Below, one piece after another: positions 16,568 to 27,064 of a DNA stretch of 64,000 bases. The notes below the pieces were generated by a model that saw only the letters and a program-made list of their open reading frames with translations, was not told where the DNA came from and made no database searches. The position numbers and the translations under genes were made by a program. Each line of letters starts with the position of its first letter. Position 1 is the stretch's first letter. The stretch is from an uncultured Gammaproteobacteria bacterium (GTDB lineage: Bacteria; Patescibacteriota; Microgenomatia; Levybacterales; UBA12049), in the NCBI GenBank assembly GCA_964483115.1, contig CAYZZF010000003.1, positions 2,772 through 66,771 of the forward strand, given 5' to 3'.

Positions 16568-18640
16568 ATGAATCTTAAAACTCCTATCCGTTTGGCAGGA
16601 AATATATTCACAAGATATGCAAACCGTCTTGAAAAACTTGGTATTAAAACCATAGATGATTTTCTCTATTATTTTCCATTTCGTTATGAAGATTATTCCG
16701 TCATTTCGAAAATCAGTCAGGTGCAAAGCGGGGAAGTGGTAACGATCCAGGGAGTCGTAGTTGATATTAAAAATGAATACACCAAAAAATGGAAAAAAAT
16801 TCAGAAAGCAAAGATTGCAGATGAAACAGGAGTAATCGACGTTATATGGTTTAATCAGCCATTTATTTTAAATATAATAAGAAAGAATGATAATGTATCT
16901 CTGTCTGGAAAAATAGGTTTGCATTTAAGTAAATTTGTTCTTGAATCTCCTGATTATGAAGTTATAAATGAACAGACACAAACAATCCATACTGGAAGAT
17001 TAATCCCAATCTATAGAGAAACCAACGGTATTTCGTCTAAATGGTTACGTCGCCAAATATATAAAATCATTAGGGAAAATAAACAAAATATACTCGAATA
17101 TCTTCCTGACTCAATTAAAAAAGATAATGATTTAATGATGTTAAGTGACGCAATTGAACAAATTCACTTTCCAAAATCATTAGAAGATGCTAAAAAAGCA
17201 AGATATCGACTAGCTTTCGATGAATTATTTATTCTCCAACTAACAGCGGCGAAAAGAAGATTTGAATGGAAGAAAAGCCTTACAACCCACCCCTTTTCTA
17301 TAGCAAGCTACAAAAAAAATATTGAGGATTTTTGGAAAAAGCTTCCCTTTGAACTAACAAATGCTCAAGAAAAGGCAGTTTCTGAAATTTTTAAAGATTT
17401 AGGCACAGAGAATCCAATGAACAGACTTTTGGAAGGAGACGTAGGAAGTGGAAAAACAGTCGTTGCAAGCATTGCTATGTATCTAGCTTTCTTAAATGGT
17501 TTCCAATCGGTTCTTATGGCACCAACTGAGATTCTTGCTCAGCAACATTTTAATACTATTTCGAATCTTTTATCTCCATTTAAAGTCAAAGTCAGCCTAA
17601 AAACAGGAAGTATTAAACATAAAGTATCAAGTATAAAGACCGAAAGTAAAAAAATACTCAATACTCAATACTCAATACTCAATACTAACATTTTAGTTGG
17701 GACTCATGCTGTACTTTCTGAAAAGATCAATTTTGAACGTTTGGGACTTGTTGTAATTGATGAACAACAGCGTTTTGGCGTAGAGCAACGGGCAATAATA
17801 AGAGAGAAAGGGGGAAATCCGCACTTTCTTACAATGACTGCAACTCCAATTCCCAGAACCGTTGCTTTAATTTTGTATGGAGACCTTGATCTTTCTTTTT
17901 TGGATGAAATGCCAAAAGGCAGAAAAAAAATTAAAACATGGCTTGTCCCTTCGGAAAAAAGAGATAGTGCCTATCGATGGCTCAAGTCTCAAATTTCAAC
18001 TTTCAAATCTCAGGCTTTTATCATTTGTCCTTTTATTGAAGAATCAGAAAGCATAACTACTGTTAAAGCCGCAACAAAAGAATACGAAAGACTAAAAAAG
18101 GAAATTTTTCCAAATCTCAAACTTGCTCTTCTTCATGGAAAGCTGAAGACCAAAGAGAAAGATTTAATATTGGAAGGTTTCAAAAATAGAAAAACTGACA
18201 TACTTGTCTCAACGCCTGTGGTTGAGGTAGGAATAGATATTCCTAACGCAACAATTATGATGATCGAGGCAGCAGAGCGTTTTGGACTTGCCCAGCTCCA
18301 TCAACTGCGAGGAAGGGTTGGTAGAAGAGAAAAACAATCATATTGTCTATTATTTACAGAGTCACAGCGTGAGAAAACAATTGAAAGGCTTAAAGCGATG
18401 GAAACAATGAGTATAGGCGTAGAACTTGCAGAACTTGATTTAAAACTTCGAGGACCAGGAGAAATATATGGCACAGCCCAACACGGGATTCCAATGCTTA
18501 AAATCGCATCATTTTCAGATATTGCTCTTATAGAAAAGACAAAAAGAGAAGCAAAAAAAATATTTTCAAACATTAAAAGCTATCCAAAACTTTTGGAAAA
18601 AATAGAAAAATCCACAACAAAACAAGTCTCCCCAGATTGA
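16568..18640 (+). CDS. recG: ATP-dependent DNA helicase RecG
   Basis: Wedge/OB domain. Helicase motifs GDVGSGKT and DEQQRFGV. C-terminal ...LHGKLKTKEKD...QLHQLRGRVGR. Confidence 0.85.
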   Translation: MNLKTPIRLAGNIFTRYANRLEKLGIKTIDDFLYYFPFRYEDYSVISKISQVQSGEVVTIQGVVVDIKNEYTKKWKKIQKAKIADETGVIDVIWFNQPFILNIIRKNDNVSLSGKIGLHLSKFVLESPDYEVINEQTQTIHTGRLIPIYRETNGISSKWLRRQIYKIIRENKQNILEYLPDSIKKDNDLMMLSDAIEQIHFPKSLEDAKKARYRLAFDELFILQLTAAKRRFEWKKSLTTHPFSIASYKKNIEDFWKKLPFELTNAQEKAVSEIFKDLGTENPMNRLLEGDVGSGKTVVASIAMYLAFLNGFQSVLMAPTEILAQQHFNTISNLLSPFKVKVSLKTGSIKHKVSSIKTESKKILNTQYSILNTNILVGTHAVLSEKINFERLGLVVIDEQQRFGVEQRAIIREKGGNPHFLTMTATPIPRTVALILYGDLDLSFLDEMPKGRKKIKTWLVPSEKRDSAYRWLKSQISTFKSQAFIICPFIEESESITTVKAATKEYERLKKEIFPNLKLALLHGKLKTKEKDLILEGFKNRKTDILVSTPVVEVGIDIPNATIMMIEAAERFGLAQLHQLRGRVGRREKQSYCLLFTESQREKTIERLKAMETMSIGVELAELDLKLRGPGEIYGTAQHGIPMLKIASFSDIALIEKTKREAKKIFSNIKSYPKLLEKIEKSTTKQVSPD

Positions 18641-18940
18641 AATTAAAAACTTATTCTGTTAAAATTTCATAAATGTCAAGACAAGAAGGACTCCACTCAG
18701 ACTTTTCCGAAATTTCTGATAAATTTGAAGGCGGAGAATTTAGCGGATTTCTACCTTTTTCTGATTTCAAAAGATGGATAGAGAAAGGCAGCTATAGCAG
18801 TCCAAAATGAGCGCATAGAAAGATAAACTCACGGAATTTATATTTATTATACTGATGTTTTAGAAGATAATCCTAATAAACAATTTACTAAAATCAGTTT
18901 CAGGATTGCAGGAAAGCTAAAAATAAAGTAAAATACAAAA

Positions 18941-19162
18941 ATGCCACAGGAACCAAAAAGAAGACATTCAAAACAAAGAAAAGGTAAAAGAAGAAAAAAC
19001 ATAAAACTTAATTCGCCACAAGGAATAATTTGTTCAAACTGTGGAAATATATCAATGCCGCATACTGTTTGCAAAAATTGCGGGTATTATAAAGGAAAGG
19101 AAGTACTAAAGTTAAAAGTCAAAAAACAATCAAAAGAAAAAGCAGATGAAAAATCCTCATGA
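18941..19162 (+). CDS. rpmF: 50S ribosomal protein L32 (zinc-ribbon type)
   Basis: Basic N-terminus KRRHSKQRKGKRR and a CxxC...CxxC pair (CSNCG...CKNCGYY). Confidence 0.7.
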   Translation: MPQEPKRRHSKQRKGKRRKNIKLNSPQGIICSNCGNISMPHTVCKNCGYYKGKEVLKLKVKKQSKEKADEKSS

Positions 19163-19517
19163 CGCGCGACATAAAAAAAGGCAAAGATTGGTCAAAGAAC
19201 TTTTTAAAGAAAGCTTTTATGACCAACCTATAAGTGCAAAGGCTTTAGATATTTTCTCTCAGATTAATTTTCTTAACAAAAATATACAAAAAGCAGCTCC
19301 TCAATTTCCTATAGAAAAAATCAATAAAATTGATTTAGCAGTCCTTCGACTTGCGGTCTATGAGCTTCTTATAGAAAAAAAACAACCGCCAAAAGTAATC
19401 GTTGATGAAGCAATAGAACTTGCTAAAGAATATGGAGGAGAAACAAGTCCTATGTTTGTTAACGGTGTGCTTGGAAACATTATTCAAAATATTTATGAGA
19501 AAACTTCCCAAATTTAA
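19146..19517 (+). CDS. nusB: Transcription antitermination factor NusB
   Basis: LAVLRLAVYELLIEKKQPPKVIVDEAIELAKEYGGETSPMFVNGVLG matches the NusB C-terminal half. Confidence 0.75.
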   Translation: MKNPHDARHKKRQRLVKELFKESFYDQPISAKALDIFSQINFLNKNIQKAAPQFPIEKINKIDLAVLRLAVYELLIEKKQPPKVIVDEAIELAKEYGGETSPMFVNGVLGNIIQNIYEKTSQI

Positions 19518-20157
19518 AAATATAAAACTTTTTGAACAGGCTTTTATACATAGATCATATCTTAATGAGGCAAGACAAAAGAATCTTTCTTCAAATGAAC
19601 GCCTTGAATTCCTAGGAGACAGCATCATATCATTTGTGGTTTCTCACAATCTTTACGATATATATCCAAATTTTGATGAAGGCAGACTAACCAATCTGCG
19701 CTCTATGCTTGTTAATACAAAACAACTGGCGCTTACAGCCAAAGAATTGGGATTTGGCAAACTTTTAAAACTTTCGAAAGGGGAAGAAGAATCAAAAGGA
19801 AGAGAAAATGTAAGTCTTCTTGCAGATAGTTTTGAGGCATTTATTGGTGCGCTTTTTCTAGATCAAGGCATCCAGGAGGTTTCAGACTTTTTAAATTCAA
19901 TATTACTGCCTAAAGCAGAAATTTTTGCTAATAAAACTCTAAAAGATCCAAAAAGTCTCTTGCAAGAACTTATTCAGGCCCAAAGACAACAATCTCCAGT
20001 TTATTCGGTTATTAAAGAAAAAGGGCCTCCTCACAACAAAATTTTCACGGTAAGTGTTTCTACAAACAATACTGTTCTAGGTGAAGGGAAAGGTAAATCA
20101 AAACAAGAAGCTGAGAAAAATGCAGCCAAACAAGCACTTGAAATCCTAAAGTCTTGA
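19495..20157 (+). CDS. rnc: Ribonuclease III
   Basis: Catalytic signature ERLEFLGDS, LADSFEAFIGALFLD, and a C-terminal dsRBD (GPPHNKIFTVSV...GKSKQEAEKNAAKQAL). The listed ORF was trimmed to the Met just before FIHRSY. Confidence 0.8.
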   Translation: MRKLPKFKNIKLFEQAFIHRSYLNEARQKNLSSNERLEFLGDSIISFVVSHNLYDIYPNFDEGRLTNLRSMLVNTKQLALTAKELGFGKLLKLSKGEEESKGRENVSLLADSFEAFIGALFLDQGIQEVSDFLNSILLPKAEIFANKTLKDPKSLLQELIQAQRQQSPVYSVIKEKGPPHNKIFTVSVSTNNTVLGEGKGKSKQEAEKNAAKQALEILKS

Positions 20158-20188
20158 GGGTATTGGCAAATTTTGCTAGAATTGTTTT

Positions 20189-20413
20189 ATGTCACTTGTT
20201 ATAAGATTAAGTAAAACTGGAAAAAAAGGAGAGGCAAAATACAGAATCGTCGTCAAGGAAAGACGAAGTAAAAGAGATGGAAAAGCAATCGAAATACTTG
20301 GATGGTATGAAAAAAGAGAGAGAAAAGTTTTAAAAAAAATAAATGAGAAAAGGTATAGATATTGGAAGTCTCTCGGCGCAAAGCCAAGTACAGCGGTTGA
20401 AAAAATAATTTAA
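20189..20413 (+). CDS. rpsP: 30S ribosomal protein S16
   Basis: MSLVIRLSKTGKKGEAKYRIVV is S16-like. Confidence 0.8.
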   Translation: MSLVIRLSKTGKKGEAKYRIVVKERRSKRDGKAIEILGWYEKRERKVLKKINEKRYRYWKSLGAKPSTAVEKII

Positions 20414-20415
20414 AT

Positions 20416-20655
20416 ATGAAGAAAATTCTCTTTTATATTATCTCCTCGATAGTTGAAAACCCAAAAAAGGTAGACATTCAGGAAGAAGATAATGGGCAAT
20501 TTGTAACTTTTAATGTAGCAGTTGATAAAAATGACATGGGGAAAATAATAGGTAAAAATGGAAGAATCATTCAGGCTATAAGAAATGTATTAAAAATTCC
20601 TGCAATTAAACAAAATAAAAAAATAAATATAGAGCTTTTGGAAAACCCCAATTAA
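20416..20655 (+). CDS. KH-domain RNA-binding protein (YlqC/UPF0109 family)
   Basis: GKIIGKNGRIIQAIRNVL has a GxxG KH motif. Conserved position between rpsP and trmD. Confidence 0.65.
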   Translation: MKKILFYIISSIVENPKKVDIQEEDNGQFVTFNVAVDKNDMGKIIGKNGRIIQAIRNVLKIPAIKQNKKINIELLENPN

Positions 20656-20691
20656 ACTATATCATCAATAATCCATCAAAAAAACTTTTAT

Positions 20692-21426
20692 ATGAGAATA
20701 ACAATCTTGACCCTTTTTAAAGAAATGTTTGGAGGACCCTTTGATTATTCAATCGTTAAAAATTCAATAGACAAAGGGGTAATTAATATTGATTATATAA
20801 ATATCAGGGATTTTGGCATAGGAAAGCACAAAATTGTAGACGACAAACCATACGGAGGAGGTAAGGGAATGGTAATAAGAGTCGATGTTTTAAATAAGGC
20901 AATAGAAGCGGCAAAGCAGAAATTCAAAGAAAAAGGCAAAAAAATGAGTCCGAAAAAACAAAAAGTTATTCTCCTTGATCCCGCTGGTTCCACCTTTAAC
21001 CAAAGAAAGGCAGTGGAATTATCGAAACTTTTGCATCTAATACTTCTCTGTGGTCATTATGAAGGAGTTGATGCAAGAATTAGAAGTTTTGTTGACGAAG
21101 TAATATCTATAGGCGATTTTATTCTAACAGGAGGAGAAATACCTGCTATGTTAATAGTTGACAGTGTTGTAAGGCTTGTACCCCATGTATTAACAAGTGA
21201 GGCAGTTAAAAAAGAATCTTTTTCTCCTTATCTTGAACACCCTCAATATACAAGACCGGAAACATATAAAAATCTTAAGGTTCCAAAGGTTTTAATGTCG
21301 GGAAACCACAAAAAAATAGAAGAATGGAGAAAAAAAGAATCCCTTAAAATAACTCTAAAAAATAGACCTGATTTAATTAAAAGGGGGACGCGGCTGAAGA
21401 CGCGGAAGGAGAGGAAGAAGAAGTAG
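20692..21426 (+). CDS. trmD: tRNA (guanine37-N1)-methyltransferase
   Basis: MRITILTLFKEMF...YGGGKGMV and a SPOUT fold. rimM and rplS are absent from the usual operon. Confidence 0.8.
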   Translation: MRITILTLFKEMFGGPFDYSIVKNSIDKGVINIDYINIRDFGIGKHKIVDDKPYGGGKGMVIRVDVLNKAIEAAKQKFKEKGKKMSPKKQKVILLDPAGSTFNQRKAVELSKLLHLILLCGHYEGVDARIRSFVDEVISIGDFILTGGEIPAMLIVDSVVRLVPHVLTSEAVKKESFSPYLEHPQYTRPETYKNLKVPKVLMSGNHKKIEEWRKKESLKITLKNRPDLIKRGTRLKTRKERKKK

Positions 21427-22099
21427 CTATAATACTTGGCGTCAGGTTGGAGTTCCAAAAAGAAAGTTCTGAGATAAGTTTAAGCCCCTCTGAGGAAATA
21501 GTAGTTATAGGCTCATCATTTTTTAATCCAGCTCTCCTCATTGGTTTATAATAAAATAATATTGTAATTGATGAAAAATTATTGCTTTCACTAATAGTTA
21601 TAACTTCTGATAGGGGAAGTGTTTTGTAAAGTTCATTTAGAAAAGAAACAGTCTTTTTTGGATCTGCTTTAATATTCAAAGACAACTTGAGGAAAGGAAA
21701 ACCCGAAACATTAATAGAGGTTTGTGATAAATCGCCCACTTGAAAATCGTAATCTGAAAGCGAAACACCAGATTTAATTGCTGCAAGCGATATGGCATTA
21801 AGAATTCCTTCAAAATCTTTACCAGCGGGTAGAGCAGAGGACACAAGATTAAACTGCGAATCAAGAGTAGAATCAGATAGATTAGAAAGGAAATTTAGAT
21901 TATTTTGAAGAGTTATAAGCCTTTTATTTTCGCTTTTTGCGTTTTTGCTAAGCACCACCAACTCACGAATTCTTGGTATAATTACAGTCAAAAAAAGAAT
22001 TAAACAAACTAAAATTATAAATATAAATAAAATGTGCTCCCTATACTTAGCATAGATAATTTTGAGTGTATTAATATCTACGTTTAATTTTTCATTCAT
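21377..22099 (-). CDS. pilO: Type IV pilus assembly protein PilO-like
   Basis: Single TM helix then a periplasmic domain. Last gene of the pilM-N-O arrangement. Confidence 0.45.
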   Translation of the reverse strand: MNEKLNVDINTLKIIYAKYREHILFIFIILVCLILFLTVIIPRIRELVVLSKNAKSENKRLITLQNNLNFLSNLSDSTLDSQFNLVSSALPAGKDFEGILNAISLAAIKSGVSLSDYDFQVGDLSQTSINVSGFPFLKLSLNIKADPKKTVSFLNELYKTLPLSEVITISESNNFSSITILFYYKPMRRAGLKNDEPITTISSEGLKLISELSFWNSNLTPSIIATSSSSPSASSAASPF

Positions 22100-22632
22100 A
22101 ATATATCGGTAGTTACAGAAAGAGAGTAAGTGCCATTTTGCACATTAGCCGTGAGAGTATCAACTGTAATATCTTTGATTATTTGTTTTTTTTTTGCCAT
22201 ATCTATTAAATTGTTTAAGAAATTGTTTATCAAAAGCAGAGAGTTTGAAGAAACAACAAGTGTAACTTTACTTTTGTCAATAGATATAGAATTTATTGAA
22301 ACTCCGTCTGGCACCTTCTTAAGAAAAGTGTTTATTGTGATATCATAATTTTGCCTATTCTTTATAATTTCTGAAATACCATCTAGTCTATCTTTTATAA
22401 TAGCCAGTTTTGCTTGTTTCTGTTGTAAAAATGACATATTATAAAACAGTTCATTTTCCTTCTTCTTAATTCGGGCTGGGGACAGTTGCTCACTTAAAAA
22501 AAATAAGAGAATTGATATGACTAAAACAGCTGTAAGAGAACTTAGCGCTAATGTCTTCAGAATTTTTAGCGTTCCTAAAGATTTTTCAGTATCGATCTGG
22601 GCAGGCGGAAGAAGATTTATATCATTTTTCAT
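22096..22632 (-). CDS. pilN: Type IV pilus assembly protein PilN
   Basis: N-terminal INLLP motif followed by a TM helix, the PilN hallmark. Confidence 0.6.
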   Translation of the reverse strand: MKNDINLLPPAQIDTEKSLGTLKILKTLALSSLTAVLVISILLFFLSEQLSPARIKKKENELFYNMSFLQQKQAKLAIIKDRLDGISEIIKNRQNYDITINTFLKKVPDGVSINSISIDKSKVTLVVSSNSLLLINNFLNNLIDMAKKKQIIKDITVDTLTANVQNGTYSLSVTTDIL

Positions 22633-23662
22633 AATCCCTCATCGCCAGTCCTACGGCGATAGTATACTCTGGTGCGTCATCAAGAATCTCTCTAGGTAAT
22701 TCTTGATTTCTAAGTATTTTCCATGGATTAGCAATAACAGTCTCGATATTTACTTTATTTGTAAAAAACAAATCTATTCCAGGAAGTTTTGCTGTTCCTC
22801 CCGAAAGGATTATCTGTCTTATCGGTTTATCTCCTTTATATTTTTCAGAATAAAATGCCAGTGCTTTCCTAACCTCGGCTAATATAGAATCAAGGATTGG
22901 CTCTGTAGCCTTTCCAATTTTCCCTCCAAATATCCCCGTAGAAACTCCGTAACTTTTTTTATATTCTTCGGCCTGTTTTTGCGTAAGTCCAAAATCTGCT
23001 TCAATCGCTCGGTTAATGGCAGAACCTCCGACAGGAATTGAATAGATAAAAATCATAACATTATCCCTTACAATCGCAAGTGCCGTACTGGCTGATCCAA
23101 TATTGACAATAAGAGACGTAGGAAAATTGTCACTTGTGACCAATGCTCTTATAGTTGCCAATATCTGAGTTTCTATTGCATTTATTGTAAGTCCGGCCAT
23201 CGACAAAATTTTCTGATATTTATTTATAAGAAGGGTTGGTGACCCAACTATCAAAATCTGCATTTTTTCTTCCATTATGGCTTGCGGCGGTCTTTTTAGC
23301 ACACTCCAAGCTAGTTTAACTGATGACAGAGGTACAGGAATATGTCGTTCAGCTTCCCAATAGATAGCAGAGGAAAGTTCTTTATCGGATAATACCGGCA
23401 TTTCTATAACATTTGTATATACCTGGTTCTCCGCAAGAGCAATGTTTACATACTTTGTGGTAATCTTGGCTTCATCAATACTTCTTACCAAAGCTCTGGC
23501 CATTTCTTCTTCATCAAGAGGAGACTCTGATAACATCCCTTTTGGAGGAGCTGGGGTGATAAGAGATGCATCAAGTATAAATTCCTCCTTTTGATAAGAT
23601 AACCAAACAATTTTGATAGTTGATACACCGATATCAAGGCCGAAAGGTCTTTTATTCATCAT
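22622..23662 (-). CDS. pilM: Type IV pilus assembly protein PilM (actin-like ATPase fold)
   Basis: GLDIGVSTIKIV and an FtsA/PilM-like fold. Adjacent to pilN. Confidence 0.7.
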   Translation of the reverse strand: MMNKRPFGLDIGVSTIKIVWLSYQKEEFILDASLITPAPPKGMLSESPLDEEEMARALVRSIDEAKITTKYVNIALAENQVYTNVIEMPVLSDKELSSAIYWEAERHIPVPLSSVKLAWSVLKRPPQAIMEEKMQILIVGSPTLLINKYQKILSMAGLTINAIETQILATIRALVTSDNFPTSLIVNIGSASTALAIVRDNVMIFIYSIPVGGSAINRAIEADFGLTQKQAEEYKKSYGVSTGIFGGKIGKATEPILDSILAEVRKALAFYSEKYKGDKPIRQIILSGGTAKLPGIDLFFTNKVNIETVIANPWKILRNQELPREILDDAPEYTIAVGLAMRDYEK

Positions 23663-23667
23663 GAGCT

Positions 23668-24498
23668 TTATCTTGGCGAAAAAATTCCGTATGTAAAATA
23701 CTCGGCAGGAAGCTGAGGAAAGCTTTGAAAAACATTAACCTTACGCGTTACAATATTGCCTGATGTACCAGATGTCCCGATTGATGAAATCATAGAACCC
23801 TGAGAATAAAAAGCTGTAGTAGTACTGCTTGCTCCTATATAAGTATTCGTGTATATAGGAATAACCCTTGCAATTAAACCCGAAGTGACGCTAATTGTTG
23901 CTGAATAGGGGAAACTTTTGCCACCTGCAGTTCCGCTTCCCGAAGTTGAGCTAAAACGATTAGAATTTGCTCTTGTAATGCAGGGATCATATGCATACCG
24001 GGTAAGTGTCTGCGAGGTTTGTGTTCCTGAGATAACTATTATCTCCAAAGCTGCAGGCACATTATTAGGATTATTACAATTGCCCGAAGTATTTCCCCAA
24101 TAGATAGTTAAATTACTTGGACCACTAGGGGACCATGGTTTAGTATAATCGGGGTTATTGCCATTATGCGGAACAAGCCACAAGTCAACGCCTTCATCTT
24201 GCGGTACGAGATTGCCTCCATTTAGTAAGATGCTTGTGCCGCCAACCGCAGCTATATCTGTAGTGTAGCTCGTATTATTAGAGAATGTGCTGCTGAGTCC
24301 TGTACTTGATTGAAGTTGTCGTTGAATTCCAGCTTCGGCAGCAGACAGAGCTTTTGCGGAATCTGCCTCCTCTGTTGATATTTTAAGATTAGTTATACTT
24401 CTGGAGATTACCGATAAACCAACTGTAAGAGAAACAACCATTATCAAAACAACTATCAGAAGGATTTGTCCTTTTTGCTTATATTTCATACTATCCAT
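23668..24498 (-). CDS. PilX-like minor pilin / pilus-associated protein
   Basis: N-terminal GQILLIVVLIMVVSLTVGLSVISRS...EEADSAKALSAAEAGI resembles PilX_N. Ser/Thr/Gly-rich C-terminus. Confidence 0.4.
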   Translation of the reverse strand: MDSMKYKQKGQILLIVVLIMVVSLTVGLSVISRSITNLKISTEEADSAKALSAAEAGIQRQLQSSTGLSSTFSNNTSYTTDIAAVGGTSILLNGGNLVPQDEGVDLWLVPHNGNNPDYTKPWSPSGPSNLTIYWGNTSGNCNNPNNVPAALEIIVISGTQTSQTLTRYAYDPCITRANSNRFSSTSGSGTAGGKSFPYSATISVTSGLIARVIPIYTNTYIGASSTTTAFYSQGSMISSIGTSGTSGNIVTRKVNVFQSFPQLPAEYFTYGIFSPR

Positions 24499-24572
24499 TA
24501 TAATTTTAGCGTATCAATCATTTTTACTGGTGTCAACCCCGTTTGATGAGTGCAATCCCATGTAGCGTCGGG

Positions 24573-26078
24573 TTAAAAATTTCTCATAGTCACTGACGTT
24601 TGAAATGGGATAGATGCTTTTTTCTCGAAAAAATTACTTGAGGTCTTACTAGAAAGAGTAAAATTTATCCCAATTATTGGAGGGGAAACAATATTATCTT
24701 GAGAACAAGTAAAAAAACAGGAATCAACAGAAACAGAATTATTAGTATCTACGAGATTGGCTCCGTTTGATGCAATTTGGCCATTGGGAGAACGCTGAGA
24801 AGAATCTAAGCAGGAAAAGATTGTAGTTCCTCTGTCAAAAGAAGTTATTTTTACATAATTGTATTGAATTAGAGGCGGGGTTGGAGTAGGGGATGGAGCT
24901 GGAGTAGGAGATGGGGTTGGACCAGGCGTAAAAGTAGCGGTTGGTGTGGGTGTGGGGGCCGCAGGGTTTATTGAAACTCCTCCAATTGCCCAATAGCGAG
25001 AGAATGAAAATGTCCATGACATTGTTACAGAATCTGCTCCAGGTTTTGTACTAGAGGCTCCTAATTCAACGCTACTGGCTACCGTGTTCCATAATTGAGT
25101 TTGACCAGAACCAACAGTAGGAGAACTAGAACTGTAAGCTGCAAGATTATCCTCAACTACTGCTCCTGTTTTACTTACAACATTAACAGAGGGATTTTTA
25201 CTATAACCAGAGGCAGTTGTATAGTTACTAAGAGGGGCTGTTTGATCAACTCCTGACCAGCTTGTAGCTCCTCCCACAGGATAGACGTAAGTTGAAAAGT
25301 TTACTTTAATTGTAGCGGTGCCGCTTGTGGGATTAATAAGATACCACATTTCTGATTGGTCTTGATTGATATCCTTTATCCCACCTATTCTTGTAAGAGA
25401 TGCTGTTCCATAAGTTATACTAGTTATGGAAGTGGAACTTCCATAAAAGGAGACACTAACCAAGAGAAGCCTATTGCTGTTCGAACCTACTGTATGGTTC
25501 CAGCTAAGAGATTTTGCATATGAACCAGCCGTATAAGATTTTGCATCAAGAGTTGGAGAAGCAGCTGCAACAGCTTCTTTTATTGGCGATTTTTCAAACT
25601 TAGGAATTAAGTCTTCTAACTTTGAAAATAAACTTGACGTTTTTTCTTTGCCTAGGCTGACAAATCCCTGAATAAACTCAGCAATTTTCGAAAAAAAACT
25701 TTCTTTTTTGCGAATGATAATAGGTGAATAAGAAAGAGGATAACTGCAATCTGCAGTGTAGTTAACTCCGTCAGTGCTTACTCCGTCAAAGTTTTGGGCA
25801 TATTGTATCATCTTTCCCATTTGTGAAATCGCACTATTACCATTTCTTCTAACAATATCTATAGTATTTGTTTTACTTGTTCCACGAAGAGAGGAAACTA
25901 AAATAGCTGAGACAACCGCACCTACAGTAAGGATGACAAACATCACAACCAAAAGCTCGATTAAGGTGAATCCTGCTCGCCGCCGGCTCGAGTTTAAAGT
26001 TAAAAGTTTAAAGTTAAAAGTTAATAAAGAAGGGGGACTAAAATTTTTAATTTTGGATTTTAATTTTGAGTTTTGCAT
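24573..26078 (-). CDS. Large type IV pilin-like protein (501 aa) with a Pro/Thr-rich tract
   Basis: Prepilin cleavage/methylation motif RRRAG|FTLIELLVVM. PAAPTPTPTATFTPGPTPSPTPAPSPTPTPP linker. The leader peptide is encoded by AT-rich heptamer repeats. Confidence 0.6.
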   Translation of the reverse strand: MQNSKLKSKIKNFSPPSLLTFNFKLLTLNSSRRRAGFTLIELLVVMFVILTVGAVVSAILVSSLRGTSKTNTIDIVRRNGNSAISQMGKMIQYAQNFDGVSTDGVNYTADCSYPLSYSPIIIRKKESFFSKIAEFIQGFVSLGKEKTSSLFSKLEDLIPKFEKSPIKEAVAAASPTLDAKSYTAGSYAKSLSWNHTVGSNSNRLLLVSVSFYGSSTSITSITYGTASLTRIGGIKDINQDQSEMWYLINPTSGTATIKVNFSTYVYPVGGATSWSGVDQTAPLSNYTTASGYSKNPSVNVVSKTGAVVEDNLAAYSSSSPTVGSGQTQLWNTVASSVELGASSTKPGADSVTMSWTFSFSRYWAIGGVSINPAAPTPTPTATFTPGPTPSPTPAPSPTPTPPLIQYNYVKITSFDRGTTIFSCLDSSQRSPNGQIASNGANLVDTNNSVSVDSCFFTCSQDNIVSPPIIGINFTLSSKTSSNFFEKKASIPFQTSVTMRNF

Positions 26079-26093
26079 TTTAAATTTTGAATT

Positions 26094-26573
26094 TTATGGC
26101 GCTGTCACACTTGAATTATTGTTAACACAAGAAACAATTTTTATCTGGTGACAAAATGGATTTGAAACGCTTGTGCATTTGGTGTCTGACCAAGACACCA
26201 ATGCTGTTATTAATGCCCCAGTACTTGAACAGTCCATAGATTTTTGTGAAATATCAATTTCTCTTACGAAAAGATTATCAATATTTGTACCGCAGCTAAT
26301 TCCTTTCTGAGTAAGGTCTCTATTTTTATCAAGACAATAATAAGTATTATCGTAGGTTGAAAAATCTGCCCAATTAGATTGAGCAAGTTTTCTAATTATC
26401 TCTATTCCTTCCTGAGCGTATTGTGTAGCCACGTTTTGATTCTTGCTAAATTGGACATTGGTGAGAGATGACATGACAATAATTACTATTGCAGCAATTA
26501 TAACTGTGGCTGTCCCCAATGCTATCAAAACCTCAATCAATGTCTGTCCAATTTGTGAGCTGTTCTTTTTCAT
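26094..26573 (-). CDS. Type IV pilin/pseudopilin
   Basis: G|QTLIEVLIALGTATVIIAAI is a class III signal peptide. Confidence 0.6.
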   Translation of the reverse strand: MKKNSSQIGQTLIEVLIALGTATVIIAAIVIIVMSSLTNVQFSKNQNVATQYAQEGIEIIRKLAQSNWADFSTYDNTYYCLDKNRDLTQKGISCGTNIDNLFVREIDISQKSMDCSSTGALITALVSWSDTKCTSVSNPFCHQIKIVSCVNNNSSVTAP

Positions 26574-27064
26574 CGAATATTCCCTGATGGATCAACTGTT
26601 ATATTGCTTGTATAACCATACCCTGTTACGCTAATTGTAATACCTGAAGATGGAGAAACTCCACCGGTAATAACATTAAAAAAAATAGTCGTTGGTAGTT
26701 GTATTGGATTAGTTATGCTAACATTTGGAGGAAGATTTACGGTTGAAGCTGGATATTTACCTATTGAGGAAACAGCATCTAGTTCATAACTGGTAGATGA
26801 TAATATAACTACTTGATATCCATTAAGCACGCAGGTGGGTACAGACGCGCACTGACTTGGTTTAACTTGATTTGAAGCACGGGATTTTGCAAGACTTAAC
26901 ATAGTTGCTAAATTATTTGCAGCAGAATTAACAGTTTGTAAACGATTGTAATTTACAAATGAGGCAATTCCGACAATTGATAAAATCGCAATAACAGAAA
27001 TGACAACGATCAGTTCGATAAAAGTAAATCCTTCTGAAGACTTTTTATGGATTAGTAAGAACAT
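26570..27064 (-). CDS. Type IV pilin-like protein
   Basis: EG|FTFIELIVVISVIAIL. The listed ORF was shortened to an internal Met to limit overlap with the upstream pilin. Confidence 0.5.
   Translation of the reverse strand: MFLLIHKKSSEGFTFIELIVVISVIAILSIVGIASFVNYNRLQTVNSAANNLATMLSLAKSRASNQVKPSQCASVPTCVLNGYQVVILSSTSYELDAVSSIGKYPASTVNLPPNVSITNPIQLPTTIFFNVITGGVSPSSGITISVTGYGYTSNITVDPSGNIR

Noticed and set aside
18673-18813. 46-aa ORF (MSRQEGLHSDFSEISDKFEGGEFSGFLPFSDFKRWIEKGSYSSPK) in the recG-rpmF spacer; considered as a YceD/DUF177 remnant because that family normally precedes rpmF
   Set aside because: Far shorter than YceD (about 170 aa), and it has no Cys motif or RBS. Insufficient evidence; possibly a decayed gene.
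21243-21458. 71-aa minus-strand ORF overlapping the trmD 3' end
   Set aside because: It overlaps trmD in antisense, and PilO-like already accounts for the minus-strand coding downstream.
25985-26100. Possible CRISPR-like array suggested by repetitive TTAAAGTTAAAAG / AATTTTGA units; tandem repeats were also seen at 27484 and 57375
   Set aside because: The units are 7 nt with no spacers and no cas genes. They are heptamer microsatellites and AT-rich element copies, not CRISPR.
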